Assembly: GCA_976551045.1 (NCBI GenBank)
Contig: CDPCPM010000076.1
Span: 13,082,001 to 13,146,000, forward strand
From: Glaucostegus cemiculus
Lineage: Eukaryota
DNA: 64,000 nucleotides
Direction: 5' to 3'
Part shown: positions 38,556 through 51,650 of the stretch, piece by piece
Numbering within the stretch: position 1 is the stretch's first letter
Layout of the letters: each line of letters opens with the position of its first letter
The notes under the pieces: model-generated
What the model saw: the letters and a program-made list of their open reading frames with translations, nothing else
What the model was told of the DNA's origin: nothing
Database searches by the model: none
Translations under genes and position numbers: made by a program

Positions 38556-41500
38556 AAACCATCTTGAGACCCTGGAGACAGCTTCCTGCCACCATGCATT
38601 TTACTTCTATTTATTAACCTGCTACAAGACCAAGTAGGAAACTGATCTTGGTATGCAGAATTAAAATTTCACACTGATAAGATAAAGTTAAGTTTGCTGC
38701 TGCCCTGCTCTTTTCCCACCTCATTCACCCCATCCCAACCCATCCACCCAGTAATTTAAAACTGGGCTGCTATCTGTGTGGATTTTTCAGTATCTTGATT
38801 TGGAAACTATTAATTATAGTAATGGACTCCCTCAAATCATCAAATATTCAGCTGGCAAAAATTTAAACAAAATTGTGCAACTTAATTATCTCAGTCTGCA
38901 TGCTACGAATTCTAATCAGTCCTTTCCATAATGTATTGCAACAGAAAAACATTACTGTCGGTACAAACCCAGAAATTAATAGAAAATAATTTGAACGGTT
39001 CACCAAAGCCATATTGTTCTGTTTCCTGATATCCTGCTGGACTCTCAAAAGTAATCAAGACACAACTGACTCAGAAGTATTTTAATAAACTTTCATTTTA
39101 GTTGTGGCTAAGCAAAATAAAAATCTTTGATACCTTCAACATCCCCTTGCCCCACCCGCGCCCCCCCCCCCAAAAGTCTGAGAGTAGAACAAGTCAGCAG
39201 GAAGGCAAGGACTGTGTACTTCAGCTGTTGAATGTTTTGACATTAGTTGTCCTTTCACCAGTAAAGCACTTAGCCCTGTCCAGCTGAATGAAAAAGATTT
39301 TTCGAAGTCAGAAATATCAGCACTTGCCAACCATCACCTGCTTCACTACCTACCCCTGCCCCCACCCACAATCCTGCCTTGTTCATTGCTTTCAGCTGTG
39401 TGGGAGAGAATTCCAAATGGTTATTAGAACAATTAAAGGTCTGAAAAACAACATTCAGCCATTTTTCGTTTCTGAGGAATTATGAATGATCAAATTCATA
39501 CAGATTATAATAAGACATGATGTCACACTCTGTGATTAGGGCAATATCGCAGCAGTCAGAAGGTTTTCCGATGTGCATTTCTCGGGCTTTCAGTGATGAG
39601 ACTTGACAGCTGTAATGAGCTACAGAGCTGGCTGGCCAAGTCTGAGCATCAGAAGCTTTCTTCTCTGTTTTCTCACTGTGACAAAGACAATTAGGCAAAT
39701 AGCAGAGCGAAAGAGATGGAAGGATCATCATTTTCCTTTGGGTGTCAACAATTCCATTTTACCTCGCAGCGCACAAACATCTTCCACCAAGCTTGTTAAA
39801 AAGTACAATTCTCTAAACTAAGAAGTGAAGATCATTACACATGTTGACTCAGCTATTTTGCTGTATAGAATTACTTTATTTTCGTTAAAGGGTAATCTGA
39901 AAAAGGATAAATTATTCATGTTTGGTGGCCTGATGGAGTTTCCCAGCTGCAGACTCAAATTTATAACCAACTTCCCATTGGCATTCAAACATAACTACAT
40001 TCAGTTGGTGAAGTTGCTGGACATTTGGCTTTCTGGTGTGGCTCGACCTTTCCTATAGGTCAGAAGTGGTGGGGCAGTGGGATGGGTAACTCTGAAGGCT
40101 TCTCAAAGTTTAATTGCTTCCAGCTATAACAGAATTGAAACAAAAATGACAGAGGGCTCACAGTTTGGTACCATGTTGGACAGGAACAGTTGCTATTGGA
40201 AACGGCTTAAGTTGCATTAAATCAAAAACAGAGCCATTCCCCACCCAGGCAATGTCACCTTCACGCACAAAATGAACGTAAAATTTAAAAAGAAAATCTG
40301 GAATTGATTTAATCAATATTACATTTCACAGACTGTTGAAAGGAAATAGAATTAATCTCTACTGTTGTCACCTGACAATTTTGTTTGTCATTCTGCTTCT
40401 GGTATTATTGCCTGAAGTTTGCTTTCTCATGGTCCTCCTTCCCATAGCATAATGTATTTGTCAGTGCTCTCAAATGGCTATCTATTCCTGATTTTAGGGA
40501 TTAGTATACATTCATATTCTGTACACGCTTCAGCACAGCAGGCTGCCTGAGGGAGGGTTTGCATGAAAAACGCTGTCACCAGTAATTTAAAGCAATTCAA
40601 CAGACCTTTAAACATCTGCATTGTTGCCTGAAAGACATGGTTAAGGTTTTGAGTTGTCATATTTCGGCACAGTGAAGGTTTTTTGTTCATGGATGTTATG
40701 CTGGAATTTAAGCTAGTCGAAGAAAGGGAAAGGCGATCTGTGCTCTTCAGTGTTGGAAGACATTCTCCACAGTAAAGGCAGTGCAACAAACCAGCAGCAA
40801 GTAGCTGAGGTAGTGAAATGACCATAAGTGGCAAAAAAAAATTGGGTTTCATCCTTTTCTGGTGTACTAAACATGTACTGTGCATACCACTCAGGTCCCC
40901 ACAGAAATATGTGAAATTGGCCAAAAATCTCTTAAAATGTCTGTTGCATTTTGCACACAGTTTCCTACATGACCCTGTGCAGTTCCCATCTGGAGCTGCC
41001 ACATCAGTAAAGTTATTGGAACTCTTCCTAAGATAGCGGCAGAAAAGGCTGCCGTAGAAGTGAATGAAACTTTTGGGGAAGCTGGACACAGCATTCTCCT
41101 TCGTTTCTGTCCATCCACAGTCGTTCAGCCAATCAACTGCTGAGCCACAAGTGGACTAAGCCACTGTGAGGTGATCTGGACAAAGAGGCCACAATCTGTG
41201 AAGGGAGCTCCAGAGCATCACTTCACATAATGCTGACCATTGAAAAGCAAGGCAGGAAAATGTTTCATGTGAGACATCAATCCATCAGTGCAGACCCTTT
41301 CCTTTTCACTTCTGAACCCTGAGCGATGTCCTCCTTGTTTCTCCGTGATTGAGCAGCAAAGGTTGCATACTGAAGCTCCAGTTTTTGCCAGCGGTGGAGG
41401 AAATGAGCTGCCTATGAAGGGTGACTGAGGTTGGACAAACATTTGCCGCATGAACTTGTATTCCATAAAGAATCACTTTTATGCCCAATGACCTTAACTG

Positions 41501-44347
41501 TAAATTATAACCTGGTTCTCTCCTGGCCTTATGGTAGGGTAACTGGAATCCCTGACTGGTCTGGCTTGACCCAATACCTAACTCTAGATCCAAAGCAATG
41601 CCTTGCAGCTTCATCTGAAATGACCTAGCAAATCAATCAAGGGGAATTATTAAATGACAACCTTGACAGTGAAGTCTACATCCTAAAAGAACATTTAGTA
41701 GGACTTAGGATTGCTTTTTTTTTATATCAGAGTTGTGCAAATTGAACTGAACAGTGAAACTTTAGTTTTCTACTAAAGCACTGATTTTTGTGTGAGTGTT
41801 TCATCCACCTGTATTCCTGGATTTGCTTATGGATTTGCTGCAGCACCCTGCAGGTCAGTGTTTATGTTCTGCTGTGGCCATTTTCATGTTTAACTCTTGT
41901 TCTATATGTGCCCTGTTTTTACAATGGTTGACCTCAGAATAAAAAGGAGAAATTATTTTTGGTGTCTGAAGAACAGTCTCCATATTTGATAAGGGTAATT
42001 TTGTCATAATGAAAGTGTTGCTTGGAAAGTAGGTATTGATGTGGTATCAGCTGCATGTTGATGGAGTACAATCCTTTTCCACTCATTTAGGACACAGCAG
42101 AGTTCCAATGGAGTTGAGTTGGTACTTATATTCTGAGAAAACCTGTAGAAATAGCGAAACAGTGGTTGCAGTTTATTCTAAATGGAAATGACGCTATTCT
42201 TCCAGCTGAACCATCAGTCACCTGTTTGATGCTGATTGAACCCATGTATGGAGAGCAAGTAGTCTCCATACTGCAACAAATGTCTGATAATTGTTCCACA
42301 CTTTTTTTTGTTAGTGTTAAAGCAGTGTTGTAATTCACCCAAATGCTGTTTGTGAAAGGCACATAAGCAGCAAGAACTTCAAATGTGAGGTTCATAGAGG
42401 TCGGGTTTCCCTGTATGATGGTGTGTAAAACTGACATTGCTGGCTTGAGTGTGAAGTTCCCTATTATTAGGGTGCAACATTGTAGGAGGGTGGGAGAGGG
42501 ACCATGGGAATTTTAGACAATATTCTGTGCAAGAGACATGTTGCTTGTACAGGAGAAGTCACAGAGAACCCCCTGAGCTACCACCAGACGCTGTTGGTAG
42601 GAAGTTTCCAGGGATGTCTCTTAAGGACTCGAGTGCAGTCTGCTTATGAGTAACTGCACTTAAGTGAAACCTATAATACAGGCAAACGCCTGTGCCCACT
42701 TTGGCTGCCTCTACGGCCTCAAGGAAAATTGGATGAAATCTTCTCTCTTTAAGCATGGCGTTTGGATGATCTCCCAATCGCAGCAGTGAGTAGCAAACAG
42801 TGAGAAGTGACAGGGGTCAGTGGGAATAGCTTACAATGATCTTAAGATGAGAAAGTTAAGAGTGATTCTGACTCTAATCCGTAAGCAAAGCAGTCTTGGC
42901 ATAAATGTAAGGTTTTGATTTTGAGCTTGTTGGAGATCCCAGATCTCAGTCAAGGACAAAGAATGAAGTTTGAGTGTTAGTTCTCTAAATGACACAACTT
43001 CAGGGGGAAATAGGATTCTGTGAGTAAATAAGGTCTGTCAAATTATCAGACAAGTGACAATCTTACTGCAAAGGAATTTTATATGTTACTGGCATTGACA
43101 TCATTTGGGGGAGCTTTATGTTGGGAAAAAGTGGCCAGAGAGAATGAAAATTCTGTCACAAAATGAGGGGTCAAGTTTCCAAATAGGCATTAAGACATGA
43201 GAAATGTGTGGAAAATTGCTCTCATCTGAGTTAAGCCAGCTCTCAACAGCACAGCACAGTTGGTATTGAAGTTGAGAGAATCTGTGCAGAGGTAGTCATC
43301 CTTTGTCATTTTCCAGCCCTGCAAATAGAGTTATTACAATAACTGCATGCACAGCCATCCCACCTCTATTACAGCCTTATGTTCCAGGCCTCCTCTCACT
43401 TTAAAGGCAATGGAAGAGCAATCACAAAGATATCTCTATTGTTTGAAATTTAGTGCTTGGGAAAATAAATGAAAAGTGAAGTTTTAAAAGCGACCTCCCT
43501 GCCATGTGTGAACCTAGCTGACCTTTAATGTGCATCTGAAATGATAAGATTAGCAGTGGATAAAATCCACAGGCACCCCCATTAAAGAGGATGATGAATC
43601 AGATTTGAAAGTATTATGTACTTCTTGTACATGCTGTGCCAGAAACTGCTGTTGACAGAGAACTGGGTCAGGAATGATATGTGAAGAGCAGAGCAGGAGG
43701 GAGGTGAGACTTCTAGTTTATGATACCTAATAACACAACCACTGCCATTACAAGTACTTTTGCTTGAGAGAAATTTCCAGGCTAAAATCAAAGCTCACCG
43801 CACCATTGCATCAATACTTCCCTAGACCTCACAATGACCTCCACTTTTCAGACTGACTATCGGAAATTAAATTATGAATAAGCCCGCATTTTCTCCAGTG
43901 TTAGTGAACCTACACTGGGTCGATTACGCTCCATGATCAAAAACATTTCTTCCTTACATTTACTCTTCCTGGCTGATCATTTAGCTATTTGTACCCATAC
44001 TGTCTTGTCCAACTCAGTCCTTTCTACGTGTGAAGCCCAATATACTAATCATAACCTGACCCCCTTATCTTTACTGCATCATTTACTCAAGCCATACCTC
44101 ATCATCTCCTTTACCAGAACTCTTACCTTGATCAGCTGTGGACAAGCTTCCTCTAATGTCTTTTTCCAGCTTTCATTCTCCACACCATCAATACATGTTC
44201 CATTTCATCCAAAACTGTATTGTCTGTATCATACTCTACACCGTGTCCTGTACTTTCATCACCACTGTCCTTACCAACCCACATTATTCCCTGTCAACAA
44301 AAGGATTAAATAAAGCCTCTCAATTTCGATTTGCAAATACTTGCATG

Positions 44348-44732
44348 GTGTGAGTGGCACAGCTGGTAGAGCTACTGCTTCACAGCTCCAGAGACCTGGG
44401 TTCAATTCTGACTTCCGATGCTGCCTTGTGGAGTTTGCAAGTTTTTCCCTGCCACCATGTGGGTTTCCTCTGGGTGCTCTGGTTCCCTCCCAAATCCCAA
44501 AAATGTGCAGATTGGTAGGTTAATTGGCCACTGTAAATTATCCTTAATGTGCATGTGAGTAGCAGAATCTGGGGAGAAATTGATGGGAATGTGGGGAGAA
44601 TAAAATGAGATTAGTTTAGGATGAGTGTAAGTGGGTGCTTGATGGTCAGCGCAGACTCAGTGAGCATAAGGGCTCATTTCTGTGCTATATGAATGTATGA
44701 CCATGAACATGACTTTTTATGACTCTATGATT
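44348..44732 (+). mobile_element. HE1-like V-SINE with CR1-type tail
   Basis: A-box tggcacagctgg, B-box ggttcaattc, V-domain gtggagtttgca...gggtttcctctgggtgctctggtt, tail tttctgtgctatatga...gactctatga. Confidence 0.85.
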
Positions 44733-47164
44733 CAACCACTGAAATATCTGTTGCCTTATCCCCTTGGTATTCTGATTGTTTCAATCTGACCTTCTCTTTG
44801 TCACTTTCTCCTTCCACAGTACTATTAGTAGAAAAGTTTTCAGCATTTTTTACCCTTCACTGAAGTACCCATTGTAATTCATTTAACTCTCTCATTCTAT
44901 CAGAGGGCCTGTCATTGCCCCTTGATGCCATTTTCACAATTATGTGCATTATTAATAATGACATATAGGAATAGAATTTAATAATTTACATTCTGTTAAG
45001 ATGAATGTTTAGCCACAAATCTCCCACACATACAGCCAACTTTCAAAGTGCTTAAATTTACAGCAATGGGACAACCACTATTATTCACTGTGTAACCATT
45101 ATGGAAAATTTAGATTTGGTATTGCTATTGTTCAACATTACTGGGGTCGATTGTAACAATGAATAAAATTCAACCATGAACAATATCAACTACGAAAGAG
45201 ACTTTGCATAATATTTAACTAAATGGATTCTTTTCCGTACTCCTTTTCCTGACGGTTTATTGAGTAAAGGAACTGACAGGAGAAAAGCTAAGCCAGACAG
45301 TATAATATTACATCTGTTTCCCAATATATTGTGAGTCAATTGAACTCAGTCAACTTTGATGGATCTCTGTCCTAGGAATTGGGCAGCTGGTTCAAGAGAT
45401 AGCCTATAGAAAAGGTGTAGAAATTCTTTTGCATGTTAAAATATACATCAAATTTGTTGCAAGGGTTAATGCATTAGAATCACATATCTTGACCATTTGA
45501 AGATTTTGAATTGAAACTCTGCATCTGTTACAGAATAAAGGGAAATGTGCAAAGTAAGCTGCATGATTTTTTGACATGGTCCCACCTCTCAGAGCAGTGT
45601 TTCCCTTCAGAAATGTCATTTCATATTAAGTAATCACTTTAGGGTAGATTTGCCTTTTAGGGGTAAAATAGGAATTTGGAATGGGAAACATTGGTCTTTG
45701 ATAGTTAACAAAAGATTGTGGGATCGGGCATTTTAGGATAAGGATTGTCATCATCTGGGTCATTTGGTCAGGCAGAGAGATCAATATTAGTTTCTCAGGC
45801 TTCAGGTTCAAATAGCATTGCAGATCCATTTGTGTCATCAGATCTTGGTCTGCATATCTTAAAAGTTGGTCCTGACATTGCAGGGTGGGTGTCTTTACTG
45901 GCTGTAATTTAAAATTAATCTCATCCAGATTGGGAAAGGGGAAAAGAGTAAGTGGATAGGAGTGGTTAAACGCTGGGTCCATCTTAAATGCTTTTTGCCA
46001 GATAGGAAGGGGAGTGGGGTTGTAGGGCAGTGAAAATCGATGCCAAAAATTGTGCATTTCTGTTAAACTTCAAAGAAGCTCGATCTCAAGAACCGAGACA
46101 GTGCAATTTCCATTACCTAGTACAAAATTATTGATATATTAGGTCTCTCCATTTGTCAAAACAATATACTTAAGTGTATTTCTGATCTTGTCAGTGGAGG
46201 AATTGATTTTCCATCTCATAGCAGTAGTGCTACTCATTTGTGCCCAAATCACTGATCTACATGATGAAAAATTGATGAAAAGCTCACAGCTTTCACATCT
46301 TCCCCAACTCCCAGATTCTTATATCATCTCTGTAACTGTGGGGTCGCTCTAAGACATTCTACGGAATCCATCCATCAAATTCCATCAGGTGCACCACCCT
46401 GATCCAATGCATAGAACTATAGCTAAGAGTGTTCCTCTTTCAAATAAATACTTTTGAGGTTCTTCTTCATCGGTTATTTTCTCTCCTTAAAATATGCGAG
46501 CAGTGATGAAGAAAATATGGCTGTTTAATTAAATATTTACTCATCATGAATGAAGATGCTGATGAAGTAAGTTAAGATGATGAAGAAACCACAGTGGCAT
46601 GAGTAGGGGAGTGGCTTACCCCATTAAACCTCAAAAACTTGGCAACAACCTTGCCTTGTAAAATCTGCAGGAGATATATGTACAAGAAGATTATTGCTAT
46701 TTGACTTCTTAATATGCTGAGCAATATTCAATAATTGGTCATTTCCAGCGATAACAACATCTAAAGAATGTTTTATCATGATGCAAATCCATGGATATGG
46801 ATCAATCTTCAAATGATTCCTTTGAGTATCAGGTGAATGGTGAGCATCAACAGGCTATTGTGTCATAAAGGGAAGTCACTTATGTCTGATCTGACCATGC
46901 ACTCCTATCCTCCAGCAGTATTCACTAAAGGTCAAACTGCCTTTATTTATAGTTCAGTGATTCTGAGGTCAATCGTAGTTGATCCAAGCGCTTCTACAGA
47001 TGTAAATAGGCAACTCAGTGTGGGTCCAGATTTCCTGCTGGCATCTCCTAGTTTGTGTGTTTTCATTTAAGAAAGAAAGGCTTGCATTGATGCAGCACCT
47101 TTTACAGCTTCAGGAAATCCCAAAGTGACTTTATGCCAATGAGGAACAAACTATTAACCCATTC

Positions 47165-47605
47165 AAGAATACAACTGAATTGAAGCAGGAGTAGGCCATC
47201 CTGGCACTCACGCCTGTTCCACCATTCAATAAGATTGTGGTTGACATTTTACCTTTGTGCCGCCTTCCGCCACTAATCCCATAGTCCTTACTTCCCTTAA
47301 TATCCTGAATATTCTCAGCAACTCAGGCTCCACAGCCGAGAGTTCCAAAGATTTTCTACTCTCTGCGTGAAGTTATTCTCAACTCTTGTCCTGAATAGTC
47401 AACCCCATGTTATGATATAGTGACATCTAATTCTAGACTCTGCAGCTAGGGAAAATCACCATCCTTGCAACTATCCTATCAAACCAGTAAAGAATTTTGT
47501 CTGCTTCAATGAGATCACCTTTCATTCTTCTAAATTCCAGAAAGTGTAGACCAAATCATCTTAATTTCTCTTTACAGGACATTTCCCCAGGAATTAATCT
47601 GATGA
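47165..47605 (-). mobile_element. CR1 LINE 3' portion
   Basis: gaagcaggagtaggccat...accattcaataagatt...gagttccaaagatt...caatgagatcacctttcattcttctaaattcc. Confidence 0.75.
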
Positions 47606-50600
47606 CTTTAGATGTGTGATTTTCCAGCACAGTCTATGCACTGATAAAAATGACCTACGTTGCGAAAGCATTAGTTGTAATGTTCAGTGATTTTATGTTT
47701 TGCACAAAAATTTAAGCATCACACAACAAAGGGTATTTGAGGTAAAGGAGTACATTTTCCCCCATTAGTTACATCACTGAGCAAAGTCAAGTACTATGCC
47801 ATCTGTTCAAAGATTAACAATTTGAACATGTTCAAAGATGAAATCGTAATATCTGTGCAGAAGATTATTAGAGGTTATTAGTGAGACAGGAACAAATATC
47901 CATGTGTCGTTCTCATGAAATATGTTCTACAGGGTGGTGTGATAATGAAGAACTTTTTTATTGGTCCACGGACAGAGAGAGGTAAACCCGATTTTAGGGG
48001 ATTGTGGAATTATCCAAGCAAGGAATATCACACATGGGAAAGAAGGTCAGCATGGACATGGTGGGTCAGAGGGTCCACTTCTGTGCTGTACAACTCTAAA
48101 AGCAGAAGCATGCAGACAGGCATCTGCACAAATGGTGGGAAGCAAGGGCGCAAGTCTGTAAGCTGTGACTCTTTGCCCTTGTATCTGTGAGCATGGTGTA
48201 GAACAGTGGCTGCTTTATTAGTGCCACACCAGAGATACAGAACCTTAAAGAAGAAATAGAGAGTGTTGTTAAAGAGGAAATACAGTAACATTACTACACT
48301 ATAGCACCCCCTCCAATAAACATCTATAAAAAATAGGTTTATGCACATGCTTGTGACATTTGCTTCATGTTATTAAGAAAGCATGTGCTTACCTCTCCAA
48401 AAGCCAACACATTGAATTCTTGCACACAACTCTGTATTCAGTAAATCAGAGAAAGTTTCAGTTAGAAGACTCTCAACTAGAAATGCAAGGATAGATGAAT
48501 GTTTTGGCTAGACAGACATACAGGAAAACTGAGAATATGTCTTTATTACAATATGATCTGAGAACGTGAGAAAGCAGTGGAATTAACAAACAAGTAGAAA
48601 TAAAGGAAGCTTCAACTGTTTGGCTCTTCATGCCTGTCCTGACACTTTGAAAGGATTATCTTTTCATTCCACGCCTCTGTCCTGCCAGGAAATCTATTCC
48701 CTTTTAAGTAATCCCAATTTCTTTTGGAAAACTACTATTGGATCTGATTCCAACACACTTTCCAATAACACAATCAGATCAGAACAATTCACTCAGTAAA
48801 AAGCATTTTTCCTTATCTTCTCCCTGGGATTTTTGCCAATATATCTGTGGTTATAGATTCACCTAAATAGTGTAGTAATTTACTGTAATGCTATGTTTAT
48901 ACATTTGCATTTCAAGGACAGTGTGCATTTCCTCTTTAAGACAGTATCTAACTCTGAGCACTCTGAGGAATGACATAAGAAAGCAGCCACTATTTCCATC
49001 ATGCTCAGCAATGAATTTGTATAATTTCATCACAACAATAAGGGCTAAAGGAGCTGAAGCTTGGTCTGACCAGGGGAAATATTTTCTTCTTATTGCTTGC
49101 ATCAAACTTCTCATAATTTTGAAACACTCCGGGTCATTTGAAAATCGTTTTGTAAAGCTGAGTTTTAGGAACATTGAAATTATAGTAATTTATTCAGCCC
49201 AGCTGGTTCTCCCATTCCATGCCATGTAACTGTTGGTCATTTAAAAGTACTCAAGAAAAAAATGTGAACAATTTTCTATTATTTAATTGCAATTTTTCCC
49301 TTCTGTCCTGAAATGCTGATTCTCATTGGGATTTAGTTCATTATGTCATTTGGTGCATCATCCATTGCTTACATGTGGAACTAGACAGTGAGTATTGGTA
49401 CACTATTCAACTATGGAAGGCATCACAGCTGCCAGATTCTGCCCTTCTGCAATGTTTATACAACCATTTTCAAGCAGATCATGAATCTTGGCAGATTTCT
49501 CTCTCCATAGTGATAAATGAGACCAATTTTAGAACTTCATTTGCAGCCTTTCAGTATTTAATGAGACAGACAACAAAAGCAATAAAATATAATTTTAAAC
49601 GTTGTATTGAATGCTCCATCAAACAGAAAAACTAGCCAGAAGAAAAGACTTTATGTTGCAGAATTGCTAGGTTTCAGAGAAATCATTCCAGAACAGATGT
49701 TGATTTGCTGCAGCACCAGTTCATTCAAGCATGTACCTGTTAAAGAAGCTGCCAGCACACTATTATTTTTTTCTGCTTCCTTTCCCTACTTTAATTGATT
49801 GATGAAAATAAGTATCAACATGGAGGGATTCCTGGAATCCCTACATTGCAGAGCACATTTCAAGGGTACTCAACTGGAAGAGAATCTCTGTTAAGCTTCG
49901 TAGCTTTTGTCGATGACATATTTAACAATTTTGGATTTTGTAACATAATTCATAACCACTCACTGTGAGACTGTTGCCAACAACGCTAATGAAATTACTA
50001 TTCTACATCTCCAGAGTACTGGATAGTAAGGCACTGCCTATTAAAATGGCTTGGTATAGTTCTCCATATATTAAACCTCCCATTTTTCTTGAGTGCTGGA
50101 TTGTTTTTTCATTCAGCTAGTCTCTCCTGTTCATTTGCATTCAAGGATATAGCTTATGTGGGCGAGGGAGGATGAAGTTGGGAAGGTGAGGGTGGGGGTG
50201 GGGATGGAAGTTGGTCAGTGGGAGAACTGGATGTTTGCTATCAGTTGTATCCCTATAATTTATAAGGGTTTGTAGCTGGAAACTGCATATTAATCTGATG
50301 GTTCAATGCTAAAGCTATATTTAAATTACTGTATTGTGCAGATTTGGACATGCCTTGCCTTTGGAAAGATAATGGATTAACATGGATTCAGGGAAGAAAA
50401 ACAAGGATCCTAACATTCTATCCAGGTAATTGCTGCCAGAATTCAAAAACAGAAATTAAGGATGGACATAATTTAAGTCTCCAAAATGTTGGAGGATGTG
50501 AATAATATGGACATTTTCTCTAAAGTGTAAGACTTTAGTGCAAAATTGTCAGCCAGAATATAAGGTTAGATTTATATGCTGTCCACAGAGATTCCTTTGG

Positions 50601-51038
50601 TTTTGCCTGAACTTTTGTGGATCTGAGATTTCATCATTGTCTCTTGAAAGCTTTAATCCAATCTATCCATCAACCACAGGGATGATATTCTGCTGGGCTG
50701 TGGCAGTTGTACAGCACAGGTGCTTCCACATTACAGAAAGAGAAGAGCCCTTCTCTAGTTTTCTAAATTCCTGTCATGTACATAAAGGTGAAGTGTTCCC
50801 AGAGCAGATTGGACAAAGGATTGGAAAAATGGTAGATAAGGGAATCAAAAAGAAATCTTGTGCATAGAAACACAAGAGCCATTCCTCTTAAGAATTCCTG
50901 TTTTTATCTGAGAACCACTGTTTCGTCTTGTTCTTTGTTTTATATAGAATGACAGATGATCCCTGGTAGGAGAAAAATAGGATTCTTTTCAGGCTAAGTA
51001 TTAGAAATTATGTTCCCTGACTCTAATTTTGCATTCCC

Positions 51039-51650
51039 TTCATTAGCGGCTTTTGGGGTTGAAGAAGACCTGCCTCCATTCTAGTTCTGTGGGTTCTGTA
51101 GTGGCTGCTAGTTTGTGCCACTGCTGTAGGAAGGCCAGGTAGATGCACTGTTTGGGATGTTGTGGGCTGTTTGCACTTGGCCTCTGCTGTAGAGGTGCTC
51201 ATTGTCTTCTCCAAATGCTCCTTCCTTCACTTTGATCTTTCATGGGCCTGGTTTCCCAAATGTTACATTTCATCAAGGAGGTTTTGAGGATATCCTTGAA
51301 ACATTTTCTCTGCCCTCCTGAAAATCTCTCACCATGAAAGAGATTGGAGTAAGTGTATGTTTCAGGAGTCAGGTATGGAGTGTGTGGATAATGCAGCCCA
51401 CTCACATTAGTTAGTTAAGGATTTTTGGAGCCTCAGTGCTGTGGATCTCAGCCTAGGACAAGATGCTGGCACTGGTTCACCTGTCCTACTAATGGATTTT
51501 AAGGATTTTTGCAGGGAGAGTATTGGTAGTACATCCCTAGACCTTTGAGCTGGTTCCTGCAGCTTGTCCATGTCTCCCGAGTACTTTATATGGTCTGTTT
51601 GGCTGCATTTCCTCAAAACAATCATTATGTGCTTCATTTACATCATTAGA
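51039..51650 (-). mobile_element. RTE (BovB-like clade) LINE 3' remnant
   Basis: Minus-strand GGQRKCFKDILKTSLMKC (cf. GGQRKRFKDTLKASLK), followed by an RTE tail. Confidence 0.75.

Noticed and set aside
39594-39645. C/D-box snoRNA-like GTGATGA...CTGA
   Set aside because: Only ~52 nt, with no terminal stem, no recognisable guide and no evident host intron.
41218-41220. In-frame TGA followed by a Cys codon (possible selenocysteine)
   Set aside because: No known selenoprotein context, no SECIS identified, and the frame stops again 30 codons later.
42121-42333. QWLQFILNGN resembling a THAP domain
   Set aside because: Lacks the C2CH residues and the AVP motif.
46624-46812. Minus-strand peptide resembling an integrase core end (W.D.L..I...SP) or a Copia RT DD motif
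   Set aside because: Too few conserved residues and no flanking pol motifs; kept only as an alternative reading of the 45.4-46.85 kb block.
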